63,720 nt of DNA, filler included, from Asterionella formosa (GCA_002256025.1; 27 parts of 27 records of this genome joined end to end with filler, not necessarily neighbours in it), one strand, 5' to 3'; shown: positions 24,846-36,997, counted from the first letter of the whole stretch. Translations and numbers: made by a program. Notes: a model not told the origin generated them from the letters alone.

Positions 24846-25520
24846 CGACGTCGATTTATTATGCGGAACACATAAATCAATCTTTTGTCACCACGACTTC
24901 ATCCTCGTCGTCCTCTTCAACTGAGGCTGCTGATGGCGGTATAGCTCCGGAAACTGGGACTAGTGCATCGCCACGTCCCATTGTATCAATATATCTGGTA
25001 AGTAAGCAGTAGATGATTTGTTGCAGGTAATGGCGCATCGCCAATTCGTTTGTACCAAGACACCATTGTTTTTGTTTGCGAAAAGGTGCATTCGTGTTCC
25101 TGTTTGTTAAGTGCTCTGATCGCTTGCTCCTTGTTCAATGTTGCTGTGTGCGTAGTTCATACCTTTCTTATTCGTTTTCTCGCTCTCCTTCTCCTCTGCT
25201 CTTCTTTTCATCCTAGTCATATCATCCAGTGCTTCCGTTCCCAGTTTAAAGCGTCCAGCCGCCACAAGAAGTCCTGCTGTATACCTTTTATTTTGCGCGA
25301 TTGCCCATAGCGCCGATTCCTTCCGTTGGTGACCCATCTGATCGAGATTGATGCCATTCCTTGAATCCTCTTTGTTCCTGAATTCAATAACTTTGTCAAG
25401 AAGGGCGCCGGTGATACCTTCCTTTAGATTCAGTCCTGCTGGTGTAATGGTCGAGATAGCGGCATTCAATTCTGTCTGGGTTGCTGAAACTGCTGTCAGT
25501 TGTATTTCACCATGAAGAAG
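24843..25520 (-). pseudogene. Multi-copy transposase-like C-terminal remnant (pogo-like), copy 1
   Basis: LNLKEGITGALLDKVI...KRYTAG...WYK..GDAPLPATK. Homologous copies at 48925-49553 and 50320-50825 each carry different frameshifts. The pogo assignment is an inference. Confidence 0.6.
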
Positions 25521-25664
25521 TTTGGTCGGAGTATATATATTTAAAGCACTACCGGTAAATTGTGGGGAAAATTAACTAATTCCCAAATAGGAATGATAAT
25601 ATTTCATTTATAAAAGTCCCAGTAGGTCTATGGTGGTGCAATGTGGTGTAGCGACGACATGACG

Positions 25665-25934
25665 TCACGAAGTCATTTTGAAATTTGCACAGTGTATGTA
25701 AGACAGTAGGAGTGACACTGGACAAAACTCGGGGAACTCTTCATCGATCCAGAGGAACAGATGCACCCAGTTTTCGTCTGACTTCCCAAAGACTTTTAGA
25801 CATAGAGAAAATGCTTTGCTTCGCTCGAAATGGTCTAGCTCGATGTCCACGAAGTCATCAAAGCGAAGGAACAGACAAATAGAAACCTGGATGATTGTAA
25901 ATTTCTGCAAGTCAATTAATGAATTGCTGGACAG
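25665..25934 (-). pseudogene. Possible tyrosine-recombinase (Crypton-like) fragment
   Basis: LFLRFDDF...LKVFGKSD...LWID..P.FCPVSLLLSYI resembles YR box I (R), catalytic K and the CPV..L..Y helix. Truncated at both ends. Confidence 0.45.
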
Positions 25935-26034
25935 NNNNNNNNNNNNNNNNNNNNNNNNNNNNNNNNNNNNNNNNNNNNTTAATTAATTAANNNNNNNNNN
26001 NNNNNNNNNNNNNNNNNNNNNNNNNNNNNNNNNN

Positions 26035-26390
26035 ATGTGGGATAGTGGGAGTCGGAAGAAGAGCCAGATGGAGTGAAAGGCTCCTGATGGTGGAGCAGGA
26101 GGTGGTGGTTTGGGAGGCTCAACATGGGTTTTTGACATGTTGTCTGAAGAGTCAGCAGAGGTTCCCTTCTTGGGTGCCGCAGAGAGGGAGGAATTGATAG
26201 CATCAGTATTGGATGTGCGCTTTTTGGTCGCTTTTTTGTGGGAGGATGGCACTGACCACCAGTTGACAGAGGTGGTAGTCGGGAGAGTTGGGGCTGCAGC
26301 AGGAGAGGCGGTGGTGGAGGCAGGGATAGGAGAATGGTGCTTGAAGTAAGCACCAATGGAGGGTTGTGCCGAAAGATGATTCTTATTCAA
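26035..26390 (-). CDS. Hypothetical low-complexity (P/S/A/K-rich) protein, 5' fragment
   Basis: ATG-initiated frame open to the contig edge, divergent from the hydrolase gene. Confidence 0.3.
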
Positions 26391-27014
26391 TGGGAAGAGC
26401 GGAGTTTGAGGCGAGTCAGTAGATTTCTGTTCAGCGAGGGCAAGCTGTTGGAGGGAGGAGGAGGAAGGGAGTGGGGAACGGCAGAAGCGGCGGTGCCGCT
26501 AGACAAGTTATTCTTGCTGGAAGTTATATCTAACACAAAAATTCGAGAATTTACTGCCCAATTCTATTCAATTCAAATATTCAAATGGACAGTCGAATTA
26601 TTGGAAAACATAGAAGCAAACTCCTGGTTCCATACCGTTTTTACAACCCTACCATAGCAATGTTCACTCCAAACTATGGTAGGGTGGGGCCGAAACCTTC
26701 AAGTAGTTTTTGTGGCAATGATAGAGAGTAAAGCGAGAACACCAGACAGGCGTTACAAACAGTCAGACAAATGAATCTACGTCATGATAGGACAGTGATT
26801 CAAAACACGTGATCTCATCGATCGAGCGATAGATTAGTTATACCCGTATTCTTTATCGCCCCAATCCCAACAGCTGGATTTCTGTTTATTGCTATCTCAA
26901 AATACATCGATTTTATTGGGTTGCACATTTCTGTCAACAGTGTGACTCATTATTATAGTAGTGTTGCATTCTATTGAACAGAGACATCATCACATCCTAT
27001 TGCCCATAACTCTC

Positions 27015-28091
27015 ATGATTCAATCAACCGCACTGGCGCTGATCGGAGCCTTTTTGGTAGCAGCGTCGAACGTGGAAGCGTTGTCACTGCCAATGCAAAG
27101 AATTCCATTCTCTTGCTCAGCGGTATCTAAGTCATCAGGAAATAGCCTTGTGCTGTCTGCTACAACGAACGACGATACAGAGCTGGCAAAGCCACACCTG
27201 AAAGTCCAACGATACTACAAGACCTTTACATGGAAATCTCACAAGATCAATTATCGAGCCGAAGGCGTTGAAACTGGCGCTCCCATCTTGCTCGTGCACG
27301 GCTTTGGGGGAAATGTCAACCACTTTCGCTACAACATACCCGCATTGGCAGCTGAAGGATTCAGAGTCTACGCAGTTGATTTGCTGGGATTTGGAGCCTC
27401 TGACAAGCCAGCTGACGCTGATTATTCCATCGAGCTCTTTGTCGCGCTACTAACTGATTTTATCAGTATGATCAATGCGCCTCAACAGTGGGTGGTGGCC
27501 GGAAACTCTATTGGAGGTCTATGTAGCTTAGGGGTGACAAAGAATCTTCCTGATCAAGTCCGTGGCTGCGTCTTGTTCAATGCTTCCGGAGGTATGAGTG
27601 GATTTCGATACGAAGATGTGTCACTCTTCATGCGTCCAGTTCTATGGTTTGTACAGAAGATAGTGTTGGGCCCTCAACTTGGAGGCCGCTTTTTTGCAGA
27701 TTTCAAGACACGAGAAAATGTTGAAGCTATCTTAAAAACTCAAGGTGTCTATGGCGACACAACTAATGTCGACGACGAACTGTTAGAAATATTGCTGGCA
27801 CCTAGTGATGACGAAGGTGCGAAAGAGGTATTTCTTAAAGTCTTTGGAGGTCCACCAGGGCCGACTCCGGAATCGCTACTCCTTCAAATCGAAACGCCCA
27901 TACTGGCTCTATGGGGTGATGCGGATCCATGGACGCCTGTCGAAAAAGGCATGCATCCTGGGACTAACTTCCACGACTATGCTAAGGGAGCGTTTCAACT
28001 AAAAGTATTGCCTGGAGTGGGACATTGTCCACATGACGAATGTCCTGACTTATGCCATTCATTTATGATTCCTTGGATTGCGGCTTTGTAG
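27015..28091 (+). CDS. Alpha/beta hydrolase, chlorophyll dephytylase (CLD1)/pheophytinase-like, predicted plastid-targeted
   Basis: LLVHGFG, DLLGFGASDKP, nucleophile GNSIGG, GPPGP.P, LWGDADPWTP and GVGHCPHDE. N-terminal signal peptide MIQSTALALIGAFLVAASNVEA-L followed by an S-rich transit-like stretch. Likely start is ATG 27015. Confidence 0.9.
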   Translation: MIQSTALALIGAFLVAASNVEALSLPMQRIPFSCSAVSKSSGNSLVLSATTNDDTELAKPHLKVQRYYKTFTWKSHKINYRAEGVETGAPILLVHGFGGNVNHFRYNIPALAAEGFRVYAVDLLGFGASDKPADADYSIELFVALLTDFISMINAPQQWVVAGNSIGGLCSLGVTKNLPDQVRGCVLFNASGGMSGFRYEDVSLFMRPVLWFVQKIVLGPQLGGRFFADFKTRENVEAILKTQGVYGDTTNVDDELLEILLAPSDDEGAKEVFLKVFGGPPGPTPESLLLQIETPILALWGDADPWTPVEKGMHPGTNFHDYAKGAFQLKVLPGVGHCPHDECPDLCHSFMIPWIAAL

Positions 28092-28396
28092 TCAGTAAAA
28101 CTTAATTTTTCATCTCTTGTGAAAGGAGCTCAGAACAACAGCTCTGGAATATACTGGAGGTTGTGGGTGTACACTTATTCCATACATTGTACAAATGGAT
28201 TATGTAACAATTATGGTTCTCCTTTTGATGAAAGTACATTGAGCAATTTGAGCGGAACTTTCATGGAAATAGTTGTTGATTAAAAATCACTATGTTNNNN
28301 NNNNNNNNNNNNNNNNNNNNNNNNNNNNNNNNNNNNNNNNTTAATTAATTAANNNNNNNNNNNNNNNNNNNNNNNNNNNNNNNNNNNNNNNNNNNN

Positions 28397-28549
28397 AAAC
28401 CTACGCCGTTCTAGCGCATTCGCTGCTCCAAGCTTGCATGCTGTACTATCGCTAAAACACTCTAACGGCTAGTTAGTCCCCTGTACCGTATGACACGGTA
28501 CGTTCATCCACGCGCCCACACTGCACTGCAATATTCGTTCAGTCCCCTC
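28397..28549 (-). repeat. Polypurine tract and start of 3' LTR of copia element
   Basis: Minus strand reads GAGGGGAC (28549-28542) then TGAACG... from 28541, just downstream of RNase H. Confidence 0.7.
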
Positions 28550-28584
28550 GAATACATGGGAGATGAAACCAAACAAATATACAA

Positions 28585-30545
28585 CTAAACATCGACCTGG
28601 ATTCGGTGCCACACGTCATTGCGTGCCCAGGAGGTAACCGGTGTCATAGGTTGTGACATCGCGATGAACCTTGGCTTCAATCTTCGACCCACTGTGATCC
28701 AACAGCCATCAATACATGAACTTGTCGCACAAATACTCTCGTGTAATTTGGGATAATGGCTTCGTGAGCACATCAGCCAAATTCCATCTTCCTTCGTTAC
28801 CCGAATCGTCCCTGCCGCCACAGCTTCTATCGCTCTGTGATACGCTATCGCATTATGTTTCTTTTTCAATGTCTATTCATCACCACCTCGTTGTCACAGA
28901 AAACGTTAGTCGGTCCATCGATTGGGATTCCAAACAGTCTCAGCTTATACCTCAATGCCTCGATCAGTGCAACCGAGATTTTCAGTGCCACAAATTCGCT
29001 ACCAAACATCGATGTCTTGACAGTGCTCTGTCGATTACTGTACCATATAATTGGAGCACGATTCACAAAAATCAGAATCCCGGTCTGCAAGCGCCTCGTC
29101 ACCCGATTCCCCGCATGATCCGCATCCACAAAACAGTGAGTAGTGACAACGTTACCTCTGGGCTTGGGTGCGTCCCCTGGAATAGACTCCTGCGCTCCCC
29201 TGTAAAAGTCGTGCCAATCGCATTTAACAAACCTGGACTCGTTTATATCGGGGTGTGTCGGATCAAAGATCAACGTCCTCTTGGGTTTCGCTTTCAAATA
29301 TCCGAACATATGATAAACCTGCTGCAAGTGTCCGCTTCTCGGCAACGCTAGGTGAGTAGATAACATAGAAACTTCCATAGCAATGTCTATTCGTCCAAGC
29401 TCCACTGCCCAGCGGAGCACGCCGATCAATTCCTGGTAGTATCTCACGCCTTCAATCTTGAGTTTGGCAGAGGTATCCAGTTCCGGTCTATAATTCCCCT
29501 GCAATGGGGTAGTGCACCTCGTTGGAAGCCGCTGACCCGACTCGTCGAGTTTGAACTATACGTTTGCGATGGCTGCCTGGACATACTGCTCGGAAGTCAT
29601 TGCCCATCACTCAACTCCGCCGACTATTTTCTGCATTACCTGGGCTCCCAGGTAATTTTCCGGCTTCTCGACTTTATCGTCCTTCAATTTGAAGGTCGAC
29701 TGTATCCCGCTCATAGTCGCTCTAGGCTGCGCTGAAATGCAAAGAATGTCATCAACATATACAAGAATCATTTCGTAATACTCAAACCCATCCGGTTTTA
29801 CTGCCGGTCGAATTCATACATCAGGGTCCCCTTTCGTGGGCTAGTAACCCAAATCATGGAGGGTTTCTGCAAGATGCGCTCTGAATGCCGCACCGCTAGA
29901 TTTGAGCCCATACAGCGCTTTCTTTACCACAATGGTGGCTCCCGCTTCCGACCCAAATTCCGGCCCTGCAATGATGTAAATTTTCTATCTGCAATCTGCG
30001 GTTGTTAGATAAGCATTTTGAATATCGCAAGCAAGAAGTTGTAAGTCGTTAAATGAAGCAACCAATAAGGCCATGTGCACTGAGTCCCTTGACACAACTG
30101 ACGAATATGTCAGGGCTCCGGGCGTTTCCGTCTGGCTGCCGGCAGCAACTAGTCTCGCCTTACGCCGAAAGTTTTCGCCCATTTTGATGTCGAACACGAA
30201 ATGACACCTTATCTTTTGGTACCCTGGCGGAAGGTCTCCCTCTCGCTTTTCCCACTTTTCAAATGCCGGTCGCACGTTTTTCGTTTCCTTGCAGATGGCG
30301 TCCCGCCATAATGTGTTGCCATTGGCTTTATCAATCGTTAACGCCTCTTCGACGGACTTCGGTATCCGTATACCGTATTTATGAGTTCGCTGCCAATACT
30401 TAGACTTTACCTTTTCTAGGACTCGGTCCCGTTTCTTTAGAAGAGTCGGCACCCACCATGCGAACGCTGCCTCATCATCAATACGATTAGCAATTGAGTA
30501 CTCCACCACCTGTATGGGGTACGATTGCTTCATATCCTTAAGTGC
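28585..30545 (-). mobile_element. Ty1/copia (CoDi-like) RT-RNase H, disrupted, 5'-truncated
   Basis: AFAWWVP, HFVFDIK, RKARLVA, DIQNAYL, KALYGLKSSG and VYVDD (about 29750); RNase H DADHAG, SEFVA, CDN. Multiple stops and frameshifts. Confidence 0.95.
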
Positions 30546-32081
30546 TGAATGTTTTCCAAAAGTGCTTATGACAATGTTGGAAGATTGCTTTTTTGAGAGT
30601 TTCTGCCTCAAATTCTTAAGTCAAAGTCATGACATCCCCTTGTTCTGATGTGATCTCTGGAACTNNNNNNNNNNNNNNNNNNNNNNNNNNNNNNNNNNNN
30701 NNNNNNNNTTAATTAATTAANNNNNNNNNNNNNNNNNNNNNNNNNNNNNNNNNNNNNNNNNNNNTATTGATTGAATAATGGTTCTGGTACCCTCATAAAT
30801 ATATTACACTTCTTCGGAGTGGCAAGAACATATGTGTGGGACAAGCTACACTACGTATAGTATTTAAGCTATGTATATAAAGCGGTCACTTTGTTGAAAG
30901 TATAGCTATGTGTGGCAATGGGGTTAGGCTGTCCTATATAGTGCCTCTGATGTTGCCAATAAAGAGATTTCTTAAAACAATGGGATAGTAAAATGTTATT
31001 AAGCAAAGTTACGATTGTTATTTCAAACCCCCTGCCTGCTATTCAAGGTTCATGTGATGCTACTATTTCCTGAATGAAATGAAGCTACTTCCTGATTAGT
31101 GATGTTGCGGCTATAATCCTGCAGCATACAAATGTGCTCGCCAATAGCTAGTCATTGAGAATTGAAGACTCATGATCAAGGCCATGAGCAACAAACTGCG
31201 CCGCCATCTGGTCCATCTTCACTTTGATCCACATCTCATCTTGCTTGAAGAACAGATTCGAAATACGGATCGATGTTCGCAATTGGCGAATTATGATCAA
31301 AAGGTACTATCTTCTTGATTTCGGTTGGAATTGGAATTGGGTATGGCCTTCAATGCATCATTCTCCAATTCTGTCGTATAAATTGACCAAAGCTTTTGAT
31401 TTCGAGTAACAAACAAACAATCAAACTTCGCCAGCATAATTCTCTGTCAATATCGAGACCATATCATTCTTTATAAGGCTGAGATTATCGTCGTCCCTGC
31501 AAGAAGGTAGCTTGTATGGGATTGTTCAACAAACGCACATGGCTTGTAAGAAATTCGATTACTACTGATATGCGAATGGAGAGATAAGAATGACGAATAC
31601 CGGTACTACCGGTACAAGAATTGGATCAAAGCATGTACCGGTAGAGCATTCAAATCGGAATGGCAACAATGAACGCACCATTGTTGCACAGAATTCATTC
31701 TGAAAGCATTGTTGGGTACAAGGTTTACATACACGTAAGATGATCTGTGTTAAGTCATAGCCTTTGCTAAAACAATAATTGATCAATGAACAACAGCTAT
31801 TGATCAATCAAACAATTTACCAAATTTGTCTTGTAAATATATGTATACAGTTGAACACTTCCATAGTTCAAAGACTCTCTTTATATTGCACATGATGTGT
31901 ATACTGTCATCAAGTTAAGGAACATATTTCAAATATAAAAAACAATGAATGATGACGTCATTGTTTCCACAACCTGAAGTACTGTTTTTGCTTTTTTACT
32001 TTCTGGTCCTCGTAAATGATGCATGATTGCCAGTAAAGATACTAGTAATAATGGTGGGCTGTTTCTAAGTGACCGTGTTAA

Positions 32082-33028
32082 GGTTCCTGCATTTGAACCC
32101 CTAGGCAAAAATTAAAAAATTGCTTAGGGTTGCCGAAATTCCCTGGAACTAAGAACTTTTATGTGCTAATTTGAATATCAATGATTCCGTTTGAAAAATT
32201 CAAATGAGTGGAAATTTGCGCGTACGTATATAGATTCCATTTCAAATGCATAAAATATGTAAACATAGATTCTTCATCGCTGAATGTTTTATATTGCTAC
32301 TCTACCGATAGTATACCTACTCGTATCATAAATATGTTTCACATGCACGACCCGGCGGCTGCAAAACATATTTGAATGTGCAAACTATCGGTACTAAGGT
32401 ACTGGTTAGCGTGCACTACCATTTACTATGACGAATGATGATCAGTTACCTGGAACCGGTAGGTCTACCCGGTACTCGGTATTCCTACTCCGTACGGATT
32501 CCGGTATACGGGTAAACCTACCCGGTACTCGATATTCCCACTCCGTACGGATACCGGTATACGGGTAGGATCGGCCAACACCCAAGAAAATGCTTCATGT
32601 GTATCCAGTGTGGCCGGCGTGGGATTGCACGACCTCGCAAACCGTGCCAATCGAACGAATGTAAGGATAACCAATCAGAATATGATTATTACAGCGGGCA
32701 ATTACATTGGAACTTTTTGTACACGAGATTTTACGACTACAAATTTTAGCACAAGACTACCATTCCGATGATGACGTTTCGGCGATTAGTGATTCTGATT
32801 CCGACGTTTGGGTGACCGTTGAAAAGGCCGATATTGTCGAATTTTTGGACGACGATAGCTCAACGTTGGCAGGGTTTGAAGAAGAGTTAAGTACATAGGT
32901 AATCTTCATATAGCCCCAGAAGTTAACTTTCGGCGAGAAACTGCAGAAAGGAACTTCGGTTTTTTTACTAGGCCAAATAAACGAGTTAGCCCGGTAAAAT
33001 CCACTATTTTCAGCATAGTTAAAAAACC
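32082..33028 (-). mobile_element. TTAA-flanked non-autonomous DNA transposon, partial copy
   Basis: Begins TTAA|GGTTCCTGCATTTGAACCCCTAG and is largely the reverse complement of about 60390-61361, with a locally inverted segment in the GGTA-rich tract. Confidence 0.9.
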
Positions 33029-33688
33029 NNNNNNNNNNNNNNNNNNNNNNNNNNNNNNNNNNNNNNNNNNNNTTAATTAATTAANNNNNNNNNNNNNNNN
33101 NNNNNNNNNNNNNNNNNNNNNNNNNNNNAATGTGTCGAAGTCACAATGTTTTTCGTTATGTATTGCAAAAAATTTCTTTTCTTGTCATGTGCTTTACTAC
33201 GACGTATCTTTTCATGAAGCAGCAGGCATTGTTTGTTAACATGACAGAACGATTTCAAAAATATATATGCCATGAATATAGCAAAATTTTATATATATAT
33301 ATATTAAGTGTTATACATTTATAAAATTCAAAGCCGCTCTCGACATGGAACATCTGATATGGTTGAGATGATCATACTCGCATATACATAATTCGAAAAT
33401 ACTCAATGCACTATATGTACATTGTTTTCCACGACTACGTGTACCGGAACTGTTTCTGAAATTTGTTTGCATCGATATTTTCTACGTCCGTTGAAACTAA
33501 TTATTTAGACCGTTAAAAAGCCGCCAGGGTTTTGGTAGCAAATTGTTTAAGCCCCTTTTTTGGTCGGGAGCTCTTCATGTGTACCGGTACATCATATGAC
33601 AATAACAATATATCATATATATATATAGAGTACCAGTAACAGGTAGTAAGTGATATACTGGGGGTAGTCGGAGTAGTAAACTAGCAAC

Positions 33689-34084
33689 AGAACACCATAT
33701 GTTCAGGACTGTTGCTACTGCAGTGGGACAGTAAATCATCATATTTTTAGGATCGTATGATCGTAAAAAACACCAAAAAAACACCATATGTTTATGACTG
33801 TTGTAATTACATTGGGACAGTAAATCATCATAGTTTTAGGATCAAATAATCGTAAAACTAAAAACAAATAGAACACCATATGTTCATGACTGTTGCAATT
33901 ACAGTGGGACAGTAAATCATCATGGTTTTAGGATTGTATGATCGTGAAACTGAAAAGCGGTACCGGTAGTCGGATTATTAAGCAAGCAATAGAACACCAT
34001 AGTAAATCATCATAGTTTTAGGATTGTATAAATAGAACACCATATACATATGTCTATGACTGCTGCTACTACAGTGGGACAGTA
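33689..34084. repeat. Degenerate minisatellite, about 90-bp unit, 4-5 copies
   Basis: Recurrent AACACCATATGTT.ATGACTG...CAGTGGGACAGTAAATCATCAT...TTTAGGAT. Confidence 0.88.
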
Positions 34085-34119
34085 CCGGTAAATGAATTTA
34101 AAATCATCGAACTTTAAGG

Positions 34120-34473
34120 AAGACAACAACAACAGCTGGTCGTGTTGCTGGTCCACTTTTAATGGCCGAAGAAGGAAGCGACGAAAAGATCACCATTACG
34201 AGCGGAACGAGAGAAATCGCTTACAACGCCAAGTCTGGACGATTCTTTGAGAATAACTTGCAGGAAGAAGAATGCATTCCTGAAGAGGAATACTGTGTCG
34301 TCGATCCAGAAAGTGGGGAACTCATTCGTCTCACAGTAGCCGAAAAGGAGCGTATCTTTCTGGATGCGCTTCAGTCCTACGATGCCACTGGAAGGCAAAT
34401 GCTCAAGGATGACGAGTTTGACCTATTGAAGGAAGATTTGCAATGGAACGGATCTGACATGGTTGTCATGAAT
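34120..34473 (+). pseudogene. PGRL1: PGR5-like protein 1 fragment (no signal peptide, no C-terminal half)
   Basis: EKERIFLDALQSY.ATGRQMLKDDEFDLLKEDLQWNGS matches the PGRL1 repeat, with an upstream Cys pair (EEECIPEEEYC). Similarity stops after VVMN. Confidence 0.8.
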
Positions 34474-34688
34474 GTTTCTTCCTGTTTGTGATCAATATCC
34501 CATCGATCCATTCGTTCTTGCAAATGTTTTACTCGATGCCACCAGTCGAAACGATTGAGGTAATGAGTAGATATTGGCAGGACGCACAGACGTTGGAGAT
34601 ATATAGAAATAACATCCTCTGCAAATGCATTGTTTCATAGATACGAAATTAGTTATCATTTACAAACAGCTAGGTATATGTGTTACGG

Positions 34689-35060
34689 TTAGATCTCTTC
34701 CATTTCTCCTTCAAACTGCATCATATTTCTCCGAACACTACTACCCGTAGTAAGGTAATGTTCATAAGGTAGATGAACATTTTCTTCTCTTGCAGCAGCA
34801 TATCTTCTGTTCAGCTCCTCAGTATGGCAAGCTCGTTCCCTTATATTGTAAGCAGAGAAATTGCCCGATGTCTCAGCATAGCACTCAATGAAATATTTCT
34901 TGAATCTTTTTTTATCGAGTCGCCTATACTCAGGAATGTCACTGTCATGGAGATCCTCCATAGTCATCTGGTAGAATGCTTTATAGTTGTTGTTTGCCTT
35001 TAACATCTCTTGGTGTTCTTTGGGAACTGTCAGGTAATGACGTTCCATACGTTTTGTCAT
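34689..35060 (-). CDS. Hypothetical 123-aa protein
   Basis: ATG-to-stop ORF with protein-like charged helical composition; no family recognised. Confidence 0.3.
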   Translation of the reverse strand: MTKRMERHYLTVPKEHQEMLKANNNYKAFYQMTMEDLHDSDIPEYRRLDKKRFKKYFIECYAETSGNFSAYNIRERACHTEELNRRYAAAREENVHLPYEHYLTTGSSVRRNMMQFEGEMEEI

Positions 35061-35172
35061 GGCTTCCTTGCTTTTATGAATTTAACTGGCGTGATAATTA
35101 GCCAGGCTGACGAGTTCCTACCGGTACCAGGTGATACGTCTACATCTTTTATCAGCACCTTTAAGTAGCACC

Positions 35173-35369
35173 TACGGTTATGGTGGTACTATGTTTTTCC
35201 CTATTATTTTCTGTCGCAGCTCTGTAGCGGCTGCAATGTACGGTTATAGTGGTACTATGTTTTTCCCTTTTATTTTCTGTCGCAGCTCTGTAGAGGCTGC
35301 CATGTACAGTTATGGTGGTACTATGTTTATCCCTATTATTTTCTGTCGCAGCTCTTTAGAGAGGCTGTG
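35173..35369. repeat. Tandem repeat, 66-bp unit x3
   Basis: TAC.GTTAT.GTGGTACTATGTTT.TCCCT.TTATTTTCTGTCGCAGCTCT at 35173, 35239 and 35305. Confidence 0.95.
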
Positions 35370-35499
35370 AAAGTCAAAGCGCTGGGGGGGGGNNNNNNNN
35401 NNNNNNNNNNNNNNNNNNNNNNNNNNNNNNNNNNNNTTAATTAATTAANNNNNNNNNNNNNNNNNNNNNNNNNNNNNNNNNNNNNNNNNNNNGATCTTT

Positions 35500-36260
35500 C
35501 CAAATCTTGAAGTATGCACATATATATTGTCTTGCTCGCCTTGAAAAATGTCTTATCCTTTTTGTTGTTAACACTTTTTCTGTTGACATGCTCTCTCACA
35601 CCACAGACCTGAATTCTCTTTACCCTTTTCCTCTTCAGAGAAACCCGACGGTAAAAATTTTCTTGGCGCAACTCCAAGAATACTCGATTCCCTCTCCTGC
35701 AAGTTCACAGTGACATTTCGGCGTTCGGTCAACAAGTACTCCCATTTCCTTTCCCATTGACTGCAATAGTGTCTCCTCTTCCTCGAAATCAAGACAGTTT
35801 CCCTTCAGCGACTTCAAAGAAAAATCTTTCTGCACAAATCCAAATGCATCGTGCTTTCCATTCAACATGTAGTTATCCAATCTCAATTCGTCAATAAATC
35901 CACGCTCCCAAAGTATCCGCAACAGACCGTTTGGTTTATTTTCCCATCCTTCGACAACTTTTGCTTTAGTCTCTTCAATTCTTGGTAAGTTGTGTTCTTG
36001 CGCCTTAGACTGTATTGCTTGCTTCTTACCCTTTGCTAACACTCCTCTTTGCCTTAGTTGTTTAAGGAGCTCATCCTTTGTGTATTGTCTTGTGATTGTT
36101 TGCCCTTCCAGTACCAAGTCATGGCGCTTTTGATCTCGTTCAGCTTCAGTCATCCAGAATGGTCCGGTGTCATCTATTCTGAATAACATTGATTGCATTG
36201 ATTGCGTTTTTTTCAGCTAAGGTAAGTGAGGTCCCAGGTAACCAGGTGTTTGCCATTTTC
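35500..36260 (-). pseudogene. IS630/Tc1-like DDE transposase, C-terminal part with SAP-like insert
   Basis: GPFW, KP.GLLRILWERGFID, DF.EE.T.LQ and TPKCHCELAGEGIEYSW (third catalytic residue). TKDELLKQLRQRGVLAKGKK is SAP-like. Frameshift after CAKK. Confidence 0.75.
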
Positions 36261-36997
36261 CTCAACCGTTTCTGGGCACCTCCATAGGACTTAGTCATTC
36301 ATTCCACATTTAAGCCATCTTCTTTCTGACGGTCGTGCCCACAGGAGTGATCAAAAAGAAACAAGAAATCGAATTGAGGGTAGAGTACTTTGAGAACATC
36401 AATGCAATCTTCGAGCTGCAATACCATGTGTTGATAGGAACAGTAGCCTTCTGATTTTGCCCCATATTCGAATTCTCTAACAAATGGTGTTCTGATGGTT
36501 CATCACTCCCCCCCCTAGCAATAATGCCATAGCGGTTAGTACAGTATAGATATAGCAGAAATAAAATAGGTGAGCCTATTAGACTGAAGTATTTCGAGCT
36601 ATTTATTGTACATTGTCCATATATATCAACTTGAATCGTGGTCGTTTCGATTTGATGTGGTTGCCTCTTGCTTGCCTTGACTCTATTCAATTTTTGCTTT
36701 GCCACGGTTTTGCTCATAGAATACGACGAACAGTGTTTTATGCCAAACAAATAATGTAAGTTTTCGTCAATTGAATTGCTCGTCTCGTCTCGTTCGTTCC
36801 TTCCTGCTTGCTTTCGACTCGCTCTACTTCCCTCATCATGGGAAGGAGACGAGAAACTGCAGTTCCAGTCCCAGTTCCAATTCCAATTCCAATTCCAATT
36901 CGCTTGCTCACACCAGCCACTTCTTCCATTGTCGTCGTTCCATGTCTTTGCGTTTCCGTTTCCGTTTCCGTTTCCGTGCTCAACAGAAACGAATAAA

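Noticed and set aside
33689..34084. Repeats with variable intervening sequence as a CRISPR array
   Set aside because: Intervening parts are homologous to each other and the units are degenerate; it is a minisatellite.
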